Assembly: GCA_015233335.1 (NCBI GenBank)
Contig: JADFXX010000002.1
Location: forward strand, 128,891 to 192,890
Length of the DNA: 64,000 bases
Source: Candidatus Omnitrophota bacterium
Lineage (GTDB): Bacteria; Omnitrophota; Gorgyraeia; Zapsychrales; Fredricksoniimonadaceae
Direction of reading: 5' to 3'
This document shows positions 28,166 through 38,924 of this stretch, piece by piece (the stretch's first letter is position 1; every line of letters starts with the position of its first letter). Position numbers and translations under genes: made by a program. A model generated the notes under the pieces. The model worked only from the letters and a program-made list of their open reading frames with translations, made no database searches and was not told where the DNA came from.

Positions 28166-28633
28166 TTACCCCTCCACTTTTGCTTCCTGAAAATTTTTAG
28201 AACGGATCTGTTTTTCGCCCTGATTTCGCGAACTGATCAGATCACGCACATTAATGGTCTTAAACAGCGCTGAAATTTTTTCGTTCAAATTAAGCATAGG
28301 TGAGATCACATTACAACTTGTGGTCATATCACAATGTGCATAATTACCGTGGAAACAATTAACAATCTGGATGGGGCCCTCGATGATCTGAGTTAATTCA
28401 TGAAGTGTAATCTTAGAGATGTCCTTAAGGATCTGGTAGCCCCCATGAGCCCCCTGCTCGGCGCGGACAATCTCATGTTGGGCCATGATCTGCAGCACAC
28501 GGGAAGTAGGATCAAAAGGCGTATGGTAAATATCACAGATTTCCTTGGCTGAGGTCAGCTGACCCGGCGATTTGGTACTCATGTGCCTTAGTGAAATCAG
28601 CGCATATTCTAACTTGCGGTTGATTTTAAACAT
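28166..28633 (-). CDS. Rrf2-family transcriptional regulator (IscR/SufR-like)
   Basis: 155 aa. N-terminal winged HTH ([12 protein letters not shown]). Three clustered Cys (C-x8-C-x6-C: [15 protein letters not shown]) consistent with Fe-S ligation. Immediately upstream of sufB. Confidence 0.8.
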   Translation of the reverse strand: MFKINRKLEYALISLRHMSTKSPGQLTSAKEICDIYHTPFDPTSRVLQIMAQHEIVRAEQGAHGGYQILKDISKITLHELTQIIEGPIQIVNCFHGNYAHCDMTTSCNVISPMLNLNEKISALFKTINVRDLISSRNQGEKQIRSKNFQEAKVEG

Positions 28634-28973
28634 AGTCGTTCACCCTTAGTTGATTAATTTTCGCTGCAACGATAAAATCATTCTCAGTAACTCCGCCAAG
28701 CGCATGCGTATATAAAACTACTTTTAAATTTCTAAATCCGGTCAAATGTAAATCAGGATGATGCATTTCATCTTCAGCAATATCTTTAATCTTGTTAATC
28801 AAATTCACCGCGGCAACGAAATTCTTAAGGACATACTTACGCTCAATGCTTTGATCGTCTTCTCCCAAAGCCCAAAAGGGAATTTCTCCCAAACGTTCTT
28901 GAGCCTCCAGGGATGTATAAGCTTTGCCAATGCCTTCACAGGGAATGCATTTTTTCTTAGTCAAGTCCTCCAT
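28626..28973 (-). CDS. Pterin-4a-carbinolamine dehydratase (PCD/DCoH family)
   Basis: Trimmed to MEDLTKKKCIPCEG. Signature E-x3-HHP...H-x8-D is present (EDEMHHPDLHLTGFRNLKVVLYTHALGGVTEND). Confidence 0.75.
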   Translation of the reverse strand: MEDLTKKKCIPCEGIGKAYTSLEAQERLGEIPFWALGEDDQSIERKYVLKNFVAAVNLINKIKDIAEDEMHHPDLHLTGFRNLKVVLYTHALGGVTENDFIVAAKINQLRVNDYV

Positions 28974-29547
28974 GGTCAAACCCTCCCAAAGCTCCATCGA
29001 TCTCAACCGAGATTTCAGGATTATATTGATCGCGCAAAATACTCTCAATAGCTCCGAGCGTTCCCATGCTTGCAGAGGGACAGGAGCCACAAGCCCCTTG
29101 ATAGTTGATCGTCAATTTTTGTCCATCAAACCCTACGATCTGTATATCCCCTCCGTCCATTTGTAGGCCGAGACGAATGGTGTTATCTAATATCGCATTG
29201 ATCTTGACAATTTCAGGATCCTCAGACCCCATGACTGTCGACCTTCTATTTTCTTCAACCTTAAAATTAGGATCATGATCTTGGGCGTATTTTAAAATAA
29301 TATCCCTAATCTGCCCCTCGATCTTACCCCAATCCGCCTCGCCATCCTGTGTCACTGTGACATAATTGTCAAAAAAATAAACCTCCGAAATATGGTCGAC
29401 AGTAAAGATCGCAGCGGCCATGGGGTTAGTATCGCATTGCTCCAAATTTTTATACATCACCTTGCCATCGGTTTTTACAGGAATATTTAATATAAATTTG
29501 AGCGCATTTGGGTTAGGTGTGCTCTGGACCATGATCCTAATATCCAT
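28957..29547 (-). CDS. Nfu/NifU-type Fe-S cluster carrier (Nfu_N plus NifU C-terminal domain)
   Basis: Trimmed to MDIRIMVQSTPNPNALKF (Nfu N-domain signature). C-terminal domain has the GACGSCPS CxxC motif. Confidence 0.8.
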   Translation of the reverse strand: MDIRIMVQSTPNPNALKFILNIPVKTDGKVMYKNLEQCDTNPMAAAIFTVDHISEVYFFDNYVTVTQDGEADWGKIEGQIRDIILKYAQDHDPNFKVEENRRSTVMGSEDPEIVKINAILDNTIRLGLQMDGGDIQIVGFDGQKLTINYQGACGSCPSASMGTLGAIESILRDQYNPEISVEIDGALGGFDHGGLD

Positions 29548-29629
29548 ATTCTTCACTCCATATACTTCATATTTTGACGTATATAGATTAACATGAATGG
29601 CAGGGTTTGACAAGCAAGGAATCTGACTA

Positions 29630-30235
29630 TTATTTGGCCTTGGAGATCAAAAAAATCCCGGTTTGAGCAAATAAATTAGGAAAAAACTGTAACCGTTGAG
29701 CTGTGCCCAAGAAAGATTTTTCCTCGATGGCAACATTTTTCGTGCGGCAATAATCGATAAAATCCAAAATGCTTAAAAAATGAAGATTGGGGGTTTCATA
29801 CCATTGATATGGCAAAGAGGCATTGACCGGCGTTTTCCCGCGGAATAATATCTGCAAACGGGAACGGTAATACGTAAAATTAGGAAACCCCACGACCACC
29901 TTTTTCCCAACCCGCAAAGCATCCTGCAAAACCCTGTCCACATGAAGGATCTGCTGCATGCTTTGATTTAAGATCACATAATCAAAAGACTGGTCCTTAT
30001 AATCGGCCAGACCGTTTTCAATGTCCCCGTGCAAAACATTCAACCCCTTGGCAACGCACTTATAAATTTCCTCATTGCTAATATCGATCCCATGGCCGCG
30101 CGCCTCCTTTTCCTTAATGAGCAGGTAAAGAAGATCCCCGCTACCGCATCCCAGATCAAGGACAGTCGCACCGGGCTTGATCCATTCCAGAATGATGCGG
30201 TGATCAGGACGAATCGCTTCATTTTTTATGTCCAT
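29630..30235 (-). CDS. metW: Methionine biosynthesis protein MetW
   Basis: Trimmed to [36 protein letters not shown]. Methyltransferase-like fold. Directly follows metX. Confidence 0.8.
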   Translation of the reverse strand: MDIKNEAIRPDHRIILEWIKPGATVLDLGCGSGDLLYLLIKEKEARGHGIDISNEEIYKCVAKGLNVLHGDIENGLADYKDQSFDYVILNQSMQQILHVDRVLQDALRVGKKVVVGFPNFTYYRSRLQILFRGKTPVNASLPYQWYETPNLHFLSILDFIDYCRTKNVAIEEKSFLGTAQRLQFFPNLFAQTGIFLISKAK

Positions 30236-31355
30236 TGGACACCTCGCAGTCATGAAGAATTTTCTTTAAAAAATGCTGAATTAAATGCGTCTCTTCCTCA
30301 ATTTCCAGCAAAAAGGCATCATGCCCATAGGTTGAGTCAACTTCACAATAACTTGTCTCAAGCCCTGCAATCTTACAAGCCTTAACGATCTCTTTGGACT
30401 GATACGCCGGATAAAGCCAGTCAGATTTAAAAGCGATCACTAGCACCTTCGCAACGACATGTCCAAAAGCATCCTGCACCGACTTACCGGCAAAACCATC
30501 AAAATGGTCCATGGCCTTGGTAATATACAAATATGAATTAGCATCGAATCTTTTGACAAAATTGTCACCCCGGTAACGCAAATAGCCCTCCACCTCAAAA
30601 TCCGCGGTGAACTTCTCCCCCATGGAAGGCCATTTCTTTTGTCGACCAAACTTCTCAGCCATAGACACATCACTCATGTAAGTGATATGCCCTACCATTC
30701 TAGCCACAGCCAAGCCCTTATCGGGCGGTTTGCCCTCATAATAATGACCGGAATTCCATAAAGGATCGGCCATGATCGCGAGGCGTCCCGCTTCATTAAA
30801 CGCGATCTGCTGAGGTGAATGACGGGCGGTGGTAGCTATCGGAATGGCGCTGCGAATACTTTTAGGGTAGTTGACCAGCCATGATAAAGCCTGCTGTCCT
30901 CCCATGGATCCTCCTACCACCGTGAGCAACTGTTCAATCCCTAAATGATCGATCAGTTTTTTTTGGCAGTGGACCATATCATTAATCGTAATCAAAGGAA
31001 AGTCCAGAGCATATGGCTTTCCTGTCTTAGGGTTAATACTAGAAGGCCCGGTCGAACCTTTACAACCTCCCAAAACATTAGAACAAATGACAAAATACTT
31101 ATTCGTATCAAAAGCCTTGCCCTCACCGATCATGGAATCCCACCAGCCGGGAGCCTTTTCTCCTTCATGATGAAACGCGGCATGAGCATCCCCTGTGAGA
31201 GCATGGAGAATGAGAACAGCATTGGCCTTGCGAGCATCCAACTGCCCATACGTTTCAAAAGCAATGGTTACAGGACCTAGCTTTTCACCATTCTCAAGCC
31301 TGAGCTCATCAAACGTGAAATACTGCGTTTGAACAATGACCGGCTTTGTCGTCAT
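30219..31355 (-). CDS. metX: Homoserine O-acetyltransferase
   Basis: 378 aa. Alpha/beta hydrolase with GGSMGG nucleophile motif, HALTGDAH, and a C-terminal GHDAFL. Confidence 0.9.
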   Translation of the reverse strand: MTTKPVIVQTQYFTFDELRLENGEKLGPVTIAFETYGQLDARKANAVLILHALTGDAHAAFHHEGEKAPGWWDSMIGEGKAFDTNKYFVICSNVLGGCKGSTGPSSINPKTGKPYALDFPLITINDMVHCQKKLIDHLGIEQLLTVVGGSMGGQQALSWLVNYPKSIRSAIPIATTARHSPQQIAFNEAGRLAIMADPLWNSGHYYEGKPPDKGLAVARMVGHITYMSDVSMAEKFGRQKKWPSMGEKFTADFEVEGYLRYRGDNFVKRFDANSYLYITKAMDHFDGFAGKSVQDAFGHVVAKVLVIAFKSDWLYPAYQSKEIVKACKIAGLETSYCEVDSTYGHDAFLLEIEEETHLIQHFLKKILHDCEVSNGHKK

Positions 31356-32287
31356 ACCTTAACCTCTTGAAATAGCCATGTTGTCAAGTAACGTTCGCCC
31401 GTATCCGGCAAAACAATGACAATGGTTTTTCCTTTGTTTTCTTTCCGTTTAGCTACCTCGAGTCCTGCCCATAAGGCCGCCCCGCTTGATATCCCGACAA
31501 GTATACCTTCCAGACGCGCTGCACGACGTGCGGTTTCTCCGGCATTTTCATTGGTTACCCGGATAACCTCATCTATGATATCGCGATTTAAAACCTTCGG
31601 CACAAATCCGGCACCTATCCCCTGGATCTTATGCGGTCCGGGAGCTCCACCTGATAAAACTGGAGATGCATCCGGCTCAACCGCAATCGCCTTAAAAGAA
31701 GGCTTTCTTTTTTTTATGACCTCGGCCACCCCTGTAATAGTTCCGCCTGTGCCTATACCGGAAATCAGAATATCAACCTTGCCGTCAGTATCATTCCAAA
31801 TTTCCTCAGCCGTGGTCTTGCGGTGGATCTCGGGATTCGCCGGGTTGTTAAACTGCTGCGGCACAAAGCTGTTAGGTGTGCTGCGAGCAAGCTCATCCGC
31901 TTTTTCGATCGCACCTTTCATCCCTTTTGCCCCTTCAGTCAAAACTAACTCAGCCCCAAAAATCTTGAGCAATTGCCTGCGCTCGATACTCATGGTGTCC
32001 GGCATGGTCAAAATCAACTTATAACCTTTAGCGGCTGCAATAAAGGCTAATGCAATCCCTGTATTTCCGCTGGTGGGCTCGATAATGACCGTGTCTTTTT
32101 TAAGATGCCCTTTTTTTTCGGCATCCTCGATAAGCGCAATCCCAAGCCTATCCTTAACACTTGAAAGCGGATTAAAGGATTCGAGTTTTACCAATACTGT
32201 TGCCTCACTGCCCTCGGTGATACGGTTTAATCTGACCAATGGCGTATTGCCGATGGTCTTAGTGATGTCTGAGAATATTTTAGTCAT
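31352..32287 (-). CDS. cysK: Cysteine synthase A (O-acetylserine sulfhydrylase)
   Basis: 311 aa. [12 protein letters not shown]-lysine motif, [16 protein letters not shown]. Confidence 0.9.
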   Translation of the reverse strand: MTKIFSDITKTIGNTPLVRLNRITEGSEATVLVKLESFNPLSSVKDRLGIALIEDAEKKGHLKKDTVIIEPTSGNTGIALAFIAAAKGYKLILTMPDTMSIERRQLLKIFGAELVLTEGAKGMKGAIEKADELARSTPNSFVPQQFNNPANPEIHRKTTAEEIWNDTDGKVDILISGIGTGGTITGVAEVIKKRKPSFKAIAVEPDASPVLSGGAPGPHKIQGIGAGFVPKVLNRDIIDEVIRVTNENAGETARRAARLEGILVGISSGAALWAGLEVAKRKENKGKTIVIVLPDTGERYLTTWLFQEVKV

Positions 32288-32297
32288 AGACCCCTCC

Positions 32298-33611
<1,314 letters not shown>

Positions 33612-33619
33612 TTATCTAG

Positions 33620-34060
33620 TTAAATAGAATACGTTAAAGCTTTCTGACTATTTTTGACCTGTAAAGCAAGATCTTCAAAAGTTACATGATCAATAATATC
33701 TGATGTTGCCTCATAAACCCTTTGCCAAATATTCCTAAAAACACATTTATTGATATCCACACAACTGGCGTACCCATCTTTGACGCATGCAATCGGCTCT
33801 ATAGGCCCCTCAATGATCCTGACTACATCACCGACCGTTATTTCTGAAGGAGATTTTGACAATAAGTAGCCGCCAACATTTCCCCGCCTGCTTTGGATAA
33901 TGCCTCCTCTTTTGAGCTCCATAAGGACTTGCTCAAAAAACTTTACCGGAGCATCAATACGCCTGGCTAAATCATGGCTGGTCACCAACTCCTCTCCATA
34001 ATGAAGCGCTAAATCAAGAACTGCCTTTAAAGCATAATCCCCTTTATAGGTCAATTTCAT
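33620..34060 (-). CDS. Rrf2-family transcriptional regulator (CymR/IscR-like)
   Basis: Trimmed to MKLTYKGDYALKAVLDLA. Three clustered Cys (CVKDGYASCVDINKC). Heads the metY-cysK-metX-metW run. Confidence 0.8.
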   Translation of the reverse strand: MKLTYKGDYALKAVLDLALHYGEELVTSHDLARRIDAPVKFFEQVLMELKRGGIIQSRRGNVGGYLLSKSPSEITVGDVVRIIEGPIEPIACVKDGYASCVDINKCVFRNIWQRVYEATSDIIDHVTFEDLALQVKNSQKALTYSI

Positions 34061-34200
34061 CCTAACTCCTATTATTCCCACCAATTTAGTATAGTATATA
34101 ACATAAGCCAAAAAAATGCAAGAACTTATTTTCACTCGGATTGCAAAAGCGCACCTTTTATGTTATATTTTAATCTATGGCAAACGGGAGGAGAAAAAAT

Positions 34201-35226
34201 ATGTTTATCTTAAAGAAATTATACCTTTGCGTTGGGCTATTCTTTGGTTTTTTTCCGGCTGTAATGGCCCTAGCCGGTCCAAATGACAACCCCGAGCAAG
34301 CCCGTCTTAACCTAATGGATAATGAAATGAATTGCATCAAGCAACACATGCAAAACAGTATTGACTGGAATGATGTTTGTTATATCAACGATACAGCAAG
34401 TACCAATGCACTGATAGCTTCTTATAGAACAACAACCAGCTATAGCAATCCCAACTTAAGCAAAGAACACCAGCTGGATGCAGGGACAGAGGTTTCCTAC
34501 TTTAAATATCGTGAATCCCGACAAAATATTTCAGAAAACGGGATGGCTTACGGTGTTTACGGAATCTATAATTTCCGCATGCCCCCAGAGCATCCTTTGG
34601 CTGATTTTATTAATGTTTATCATATCGATACTCATGTGGATTATCTTAGGGCCGATTATAAAGGTTCCGGTGAAATTAACGGTATTAATGATTTTCTGGT
34701 GGAGCCACGCGCCTGGCTTGGTAAGGATTTTGCAGTTACCGAAAACAGCCTTTTAACACCTTATGCAGGTGTAGGATACCGCTACTTGGGCGATCGAACC
34801 GGGGACAGAATTTCTTCGACCGGATATGCTGGTTATGACCGCCGTTCCCAGTATTTGTATGTGCCGGCAGGGGCCCAGGTCTCAATCATCCCCACTTCAG
34901 GCTGGGAGATTGGCCTTAACGGTGAATATGATGCTCTTATTCGCGGCTGGCAGACTTCTTATTATAGCCAAGTCCCGACCGGCGTTCCAGGCATTCAGTA
35001 TCCTAACCTTACGAACATACAGAACAGGGGGTTTGGTTTGCGAGGATCGCTGGATATAATCAAGAAAAATGACTGGATCAATTTCCTGATCTCTCCGTAT
35101 ATCCGTTACTGGAATGTCAAAACATCTAAGACAGCTACAGCTTCAAATCAAAATGCATGGGTTAAGGGCTATGAACCTGCCAATACTTCAACGGAAATAG
35201 GCTTAAAACTGGGAGTAGAGTTCTGA
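34201..35226 (+). CDS. Putative outer-membrane beta-barrel protein
   Basis: Trimmed to the ATG preceded by GGGAGGAG. Signal peptide MFILKKLYLCVGLFFGFFPAVMALA. Alternating aromatic/Gly-rich strands. C-terminal ...LKLGVEF ends in Phe. Confidence 0.5.
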   Translation: MFILKKLYLCVGLFFGFFPAVMALAGPNDNPEQARLNLMDNEMNCIKQHMQNSIDWNDVCYINDTASTNALIASYRTTTSYSNPNLSKEHQLDAGTEVSYFKYRESRQNISENGMAYGVYGIYNFRMPPEHPLADFINVYHIDTHVDYLRADYKGSGEINGINDFLVEPRAWLGKDFAVTENSLLTPYAGVGYRYLGDRTGDRISSTGYAGYDRRSQYLYVPAGAQVSIIPTSGWEIGLNGEYDALIRGWQTSYYSQVPTGVPGIQYPNLTNIQNRGFGLRGSLDIIKKNDWINFLISPYIRYWNVKTSKTATASNQNAWVKGYEPANTSTEIGLKLGVEF

Positions 35227-35230
35227 GGTC

Positions 35231-36100
35231 CTAAAGACCTTGAGTGTGCAGGATGAAAATGACTGCTGAAACAAATAAGCAATAGATTCCGAATAGATAC
35301 CACCGGCCGCCCTCCAGCCAATTTGAAAGCCACCTGAGCGCCAGAATTCCGAAAATAAAACTTAATACCATACCGATCATGCTTGGCAAAAAAAGGCCAA
35401 TTACGCTTACTTGATGGTCATGTGCAGACGCATGTTGCGCCTTTAAAAATCTCATTCCTTCCTTTAAAATAACCGGCGGTGTCAAAACAACAGCCAAGGC
35501 AAAACTAAAATCCTCAAGACGTTTTTTATCGACCCCTAAGATCAGCCCTGTCGATATAGTTGCTCCCGAGCGCGAAAATCCCCTAAAGGGAAGACAGATC
35601 CCTTGCACCATTCCGATTAAGAAGGCAGCTTTGAGCCCCAGAACAATTTTCTTTTTTGAAGACTGAACTTCCTTGTAACCTGCCCAAAGTATTAGGATGC
35701 CGACTGTCGCAAGTGCCGTTGAAATAAGAGGTAAATTGCCAAAAAGCAGCTCAATTTCCGGATGAGAAATATTTTTTAACACAATTTTCTCAATTAAGAT
35801 TTTCAATAAAAGGCCTACAAAACCTGTAGCTATCGTTGCAACAGCAATGAATTTGACCGACTCTAAAAAGACTTTTTGTGATGAGAAAAAATTCGCTTTC
35901 CATGCCTTCCCAAAGAATACAATAACCGCCAGCATAGTCCCCGTATGAAGCATAACCAAAAGCATCGTCATTTGCGGACTGGCGGGGTCAAGCCCCATTA
36001 ATTTTTCTGCGACAATAACATGAGCTGAACTCGAAACCGGCAATAGTTCACAAGCGCCTTGGATGGCGGAAAGAATAAAAATTTCTGACATATTAAACAT
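35231..36100 (-). CDS. uppP: Undecaprenyl-diphosphate phosphatase
   Basis: 289 aa. ELLPVSSSAH and FSRSGATI motifs. Multi-pass membrane protein. Confidence 0.88.
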   Translation of the reverse strand: MFNMSEIFILSAIQGACELLPVSSSAHVIVAEKLMGLDPASPQMTMLLVMLHTGTMLAVIVFFGKAWKANFFSSQKVFLESVKFIAVATIATGFVGLLLKILIEKIVLKNISHPEIELLFGNLPLISTALATVGILILWAGYKEVQSSKKKIVLGLKAAFLIGMVQGICLPFRGFSRSGATISTGLILGVDKKRLEDFSFALAVVLTPPVILKEGMRFLKAQHASAHDHQVSVIGLFLPSMIGMVLSFIFGILALRWLSNWLEGGRWYLFGIYCLFVSAVIFILHTQGL

Positions 36101-36131
36101 TGATGAAGTATATCAAAAGGGGGAATTTATA

Positions 36132-37649
36132 TCAACCGGTAATAAACCAAAATGGATTGACTCCGGCATCAACGAACATCATCCAGCCGGTTGAAGCCAG
36201 ACTCATTACCTGAGGGTCATGAGAGTTCCACCCAAAGGGGATCCATCCCCTGCGAGAAGAATAGCTATACGCTGCTTGAGCTTGGGACACTTGAAACCTC
36301 AAATTTTCTATAGACCTACGCATGCTCAATTTATCCCGAAAGGCCTCCTGGCTTAAGTCAGGATTTGTTTCGAAATAGTATTCCCCCAGCTCTTGCAAAG
36401 CGACCAACGCCCCTGCAGACCATTCGACCGAAACCCTGTCATGCTCATCCGTATAACCCACACCCAACATTTGCCCCTGAGGATCATAAACACCTGAGCG
36501 CTTCTTGGCTGTTTGCCAGATACGCCAGGCTGAACCGTCCCCCAACCATGCATCAAGCCTCTTTGGCCCAAAACAATCAAGACTCCAGGTTTGAACATCC
36601 AAAGCAAAATTCTCCCCAGCAATTTTCCATTGCCCATTAATTTCATAAGCTCCCTGATAAAAAAATCCTTGAGGGTCATCCCATACAAAACGCATATATC
36701 TTTCGATTCCCTCCATTGCCTTTTTATATTCTGCTTTACCTGTCACTTGAAATAACATACGTAAAGCGGCATACCAAGAAATATTATTCTCCGTCGAAAT
36801 ATGGTTATACCACCAGTTATCTTCTGTAAAATATTTCTTTTCCTGCTGTTCAAGACTTCGATAAGTACCCAGAGGTGCCATGCGAATACCGCCACTGTCA
36901 GATTGAAGGATGATAGCGGCGCGAGCCAGCTCTTCTGCCAAACGAAGCTCGATACTGTCTGTTTTATAAAGACAGCCCCCCCTGTCTGAATTACAATATT
37001 TCTTATGATAAAGCTGCATGGCTGCCATGACAACCCATGCATTCTCACCGGCAACTGGCTTCCAGTCAACCCAATGAAGACGATCTTGTTCGGGAAACCC
37101 AGCTAAAGTCGTGTTACCATCTTTAGGATCAGAAACCAAAAACTCCCCATCAGCGTTAATAATACGAAAAATAAATCCTCGCTGCCCCAAACTATCATTA
37201 TCCGAACTGACCGCCTCAGGATGGTTAACATCGTAGACAAAGAGATTCACCGGATAGCCCGCTCGAATAGTCGCCAAATTCCCAACTGCCCCCTGCCAAT
37301 AATAATTGATCGGAACAAAAGCCTGTTCTAAATTTTTCTCTCCGCCTGCCATACTTAGAACTATTTGATAAACGGCCCCATCATAAATATCCAGACCTTC
37401 CTTAGTAATAGTCCGTTCGATCGACCCATTGATCGCTCCTTTGGAGTCCATATCTTGATAAATTCGAGCCTTAGCTTCCTTGGGAATATAAAAACTATAC
37501 GGGAGCTGAGTGATAGGACTTACATTGGATTTGACCCAACCAAGCAGACAAGGATCAAAATCAAAACCCATAGGTGATTGCGCTTCAAGAGAGGAAAAGA
37601 AAAATACTGTTAAGAATACTGTAATGAATGGGGATAAAAGTTTCTTCAT
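36132..37649 (-). CDS. Secreted protein of unknown function, possibly an (alpha/alpha)6 glycosidase-like fold
   Basis: 505 aa with a signal peptide (MKKLLSPFITVFLTVFFFSSLEA). Recurrent Trp/aromatic-rich helix pairs. No catalytic motif recognised. Confidence 0.35.
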   Translation of the reverse strand: MKKLLSPFITVFLTVFFFSSLEAQSPMGFDFDPCLLGWVKSNVSPITQLPYSFYIPKEAKARIYQDMDSKGAINGSIERTITKEGLDIYDGAVYQIVLSMAGGEKNLEQAFVPINYYWQGAVGNLATIRAGYPVNLFVYDVNHPEAVSSDNDSLGQRGFIFRIINADGEFLVSDPKDGNTTLAGFPEQDRLHWVDWKPVAGENAWVVMAAMQLYHKKYCNSDRGGCLYKTDSIELRLAEELARAAIILQSDSGGIRMAPLGTYRSLEQQEKKYFTEDNWWYNHISTENNISWYAALRMLFQVTGKAEYKKAMEGIERYMRFVWDDPQGFFYQGAYEINGQWKIAGENFALDVQTWSLDCFGPKRLDAWLGDGSAWRIWQTAKKRSGVYDPQGQMLGVGYTDEHDRVSVEWSAGALVALQELGEYYFETNPDLSQEAFRDKLSMRRSIENLRFQVSQAQAAYSYSSRRGWIPFGWNSHDPQVMSLASTGWMMFVDAGVNPFWFITG

Positions 37650-37711
37650 TTTTCGGTAACCAGGCGGTCCTTAGATTCAAGGATCCACGGCTTTGCCTCG
37701 TCTTTGACGAG

Positions 37712-37752
37712 CCAGGCATCGCTGAATATCAAAATAATTCAGCGATGCCTGG
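37712..37752. repeat. Perfect 16-bp stem hairpin in a 260-bp intergenic region
   Basis: ccaggcatcgctgaat / attcagcgatgcctgg with a 9-nt loop. It is adjacent to a second 6-bp hairpin (ctcgtc ttt gacgag). There is no flanking T-run on either strand. Confidence 0.7.
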
Positions 37753-37908
37753 GTCCCCAGGTTGCCCTAGGTTTGCCTTTATCGTTAATGACTTCTCAAA
37801 AGAACAGTTGCCTTACTTAATTGAAGTATAGCTTATCTTTTTTCATTTTTCAAGTAAGCGCTTTCAGAAAATCTAAGAATATCTCTTATCCCATTGAAAA
37901 TACAGCAA

Positions 37909-38295
37909 TTATTTCACTGTATTGCTTGCTGCTTGGGGCTGTTGTGAGTGCCCTGGTTGACCCCCACCTTGCTGTCCCTGTCCCTGCTGTCCATGCCCCT
38001 GATGACCTCTGTGTTCGCCACGCATATGCTCAAGTTTCTCACGATCAGCTTTGATTTTTTCCTGTATAGGACGCATTTGTTCTCTTAATGCCTTAGCTTG
38101 AGACATAAGCTGTTGATGTTGTTTGCGTAAGGGCTCTAACTGCTGACGCAAGGTCTGTATTTCCTGCCTTAACTGTTGAGCCTCTCCGTTTTCATGAGAA
38201 TTACCCCCAGCCGTGGCCTGCTGCGCATCCGCTCTAAACGCAAAAATACCTACCATGCATAGTGCAATAATGCCAATTCTTAATCTGTTTGCCAT
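37909..38295 (-). CDS. Small periplasmic coiled-coil protein, CpxP/Spy/ZraP-like
   Basis: Trimmed to the ATG preceded by GGAGGG (MANRLRIGIIALCMVGIFAFRADA signal peptide). Gln/Leu/Arg-rich helices. The tail is His/Gly/Gln-rich (GHQGHGQQGQGQQGGGQPGHSQQ). Confidence 0.45.
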   Translation of the reverse strand: MANRLRIGIIALCMVGIFAFRADAQQATAGGNSHENGEAQQLRQEIQTLRQQLEPLRKQHQQLMSQAKALREQMRPIQEKIKADREKLEHMRGEHRGHQGHGQQGQGQQGGGQPGHSQQPQAASNTVK

Positions 38296-38401
38296 ACATC
38301 CCTCCTGTAATAAAGTTAAAAACTCCTGATTTATAATGCCTGCCCAAATTATACATATTAATTTCTCCACTTTCAAGCAAGTAAATACGTAAAACCTGGT
38401 T

Positions 38402-38914
38402 TTAACCAGATTTAAAATACCCCTTGTAAAAATTCGATCCTGCGGTTCTTGATTCTTTTAATAAAATTTGACTCTTTTCATAAAAACTCACAGCCACATT
38501 TTTCCATCCTTGAGCCTGTTGAATGACGCCAGGAGTAAATTTAAAATAATTTTCCAGATCACGCACAGAAACATCTCTGACATTTTTACGTCGATTTTTA
38601 TTTTTAAATTTCTTGGCGTTATAAAAATTCCATCCGCGGATGAACAAATACATAACAAATACAGTGCCAACATAAATAAAGCTAAATCCTGCCAGAGCCT
38701 TAATGCCCCCCAAACGGATCATGTGTTCATAAAAGATCTCAAAACCAAGAAACCATAATAATGCCAGCAATAAAGGCCGGCATAAAACAGCCCAGATAAA
38801 CCAGCCAATGGCTATCATGCCCCATTCCATACCCCGACGCAACGGATTTAACGCATGTGGATGATAAATGATCAAATCTTCATCATTACTCTTTGAATCC
38901 TGTGGGTTATGCAT
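38402..38914 (-). CDS. pgaD: PNAG biosynthesis protein PgaD
   Basis: 170 aa with two N-terminal TM helices. Position directly after pgaC. Confidence 0.65.
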   Translation of the reverse strand: MHNPQDSKSNDEDLIIYHPHALNPLRRGMEWGMIAIGWFIWAVLCRPLLLALLWFLGFEIFYEHMIRLGGIKALAGFSFIYVGTVFVMYLFIRGWNFYNAKKFKNKNRRKNVRDVSVRDLENYFKFTPGVIQQAQGWKNVAVSFYEKSQILLKESRTAGSNFYKGYFKSG

Positions 38915-38924
38915 ATCTTAAGTT

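Noticed and set aside
31416-32024. 202-aa plus-strand ORF. Similar long antisense ORFs include 47864-48346, 8837-9187, 26156-26515, 59564-59914 and 3-401.
   Set aside because: These lie entirely antisense to strongly supported genes (cysK, the HyfE-like gene, fabF, sufC, the EmrA-like gene, argB). They have low-complexity Ser/Pro/Arg-rich translations and no start context. They are typical shadow ORFs.
37628-38054. Plus-strand ORFs 37628-37831 (67 aa) and 37821-38054 (77 aa) in or next to the 260-bp gap.
   Set aside because: There are no SD motifs. The first spans hairpin sequence. The second is antisense to the CpxP-like gene. Neither translation has recognisable features.
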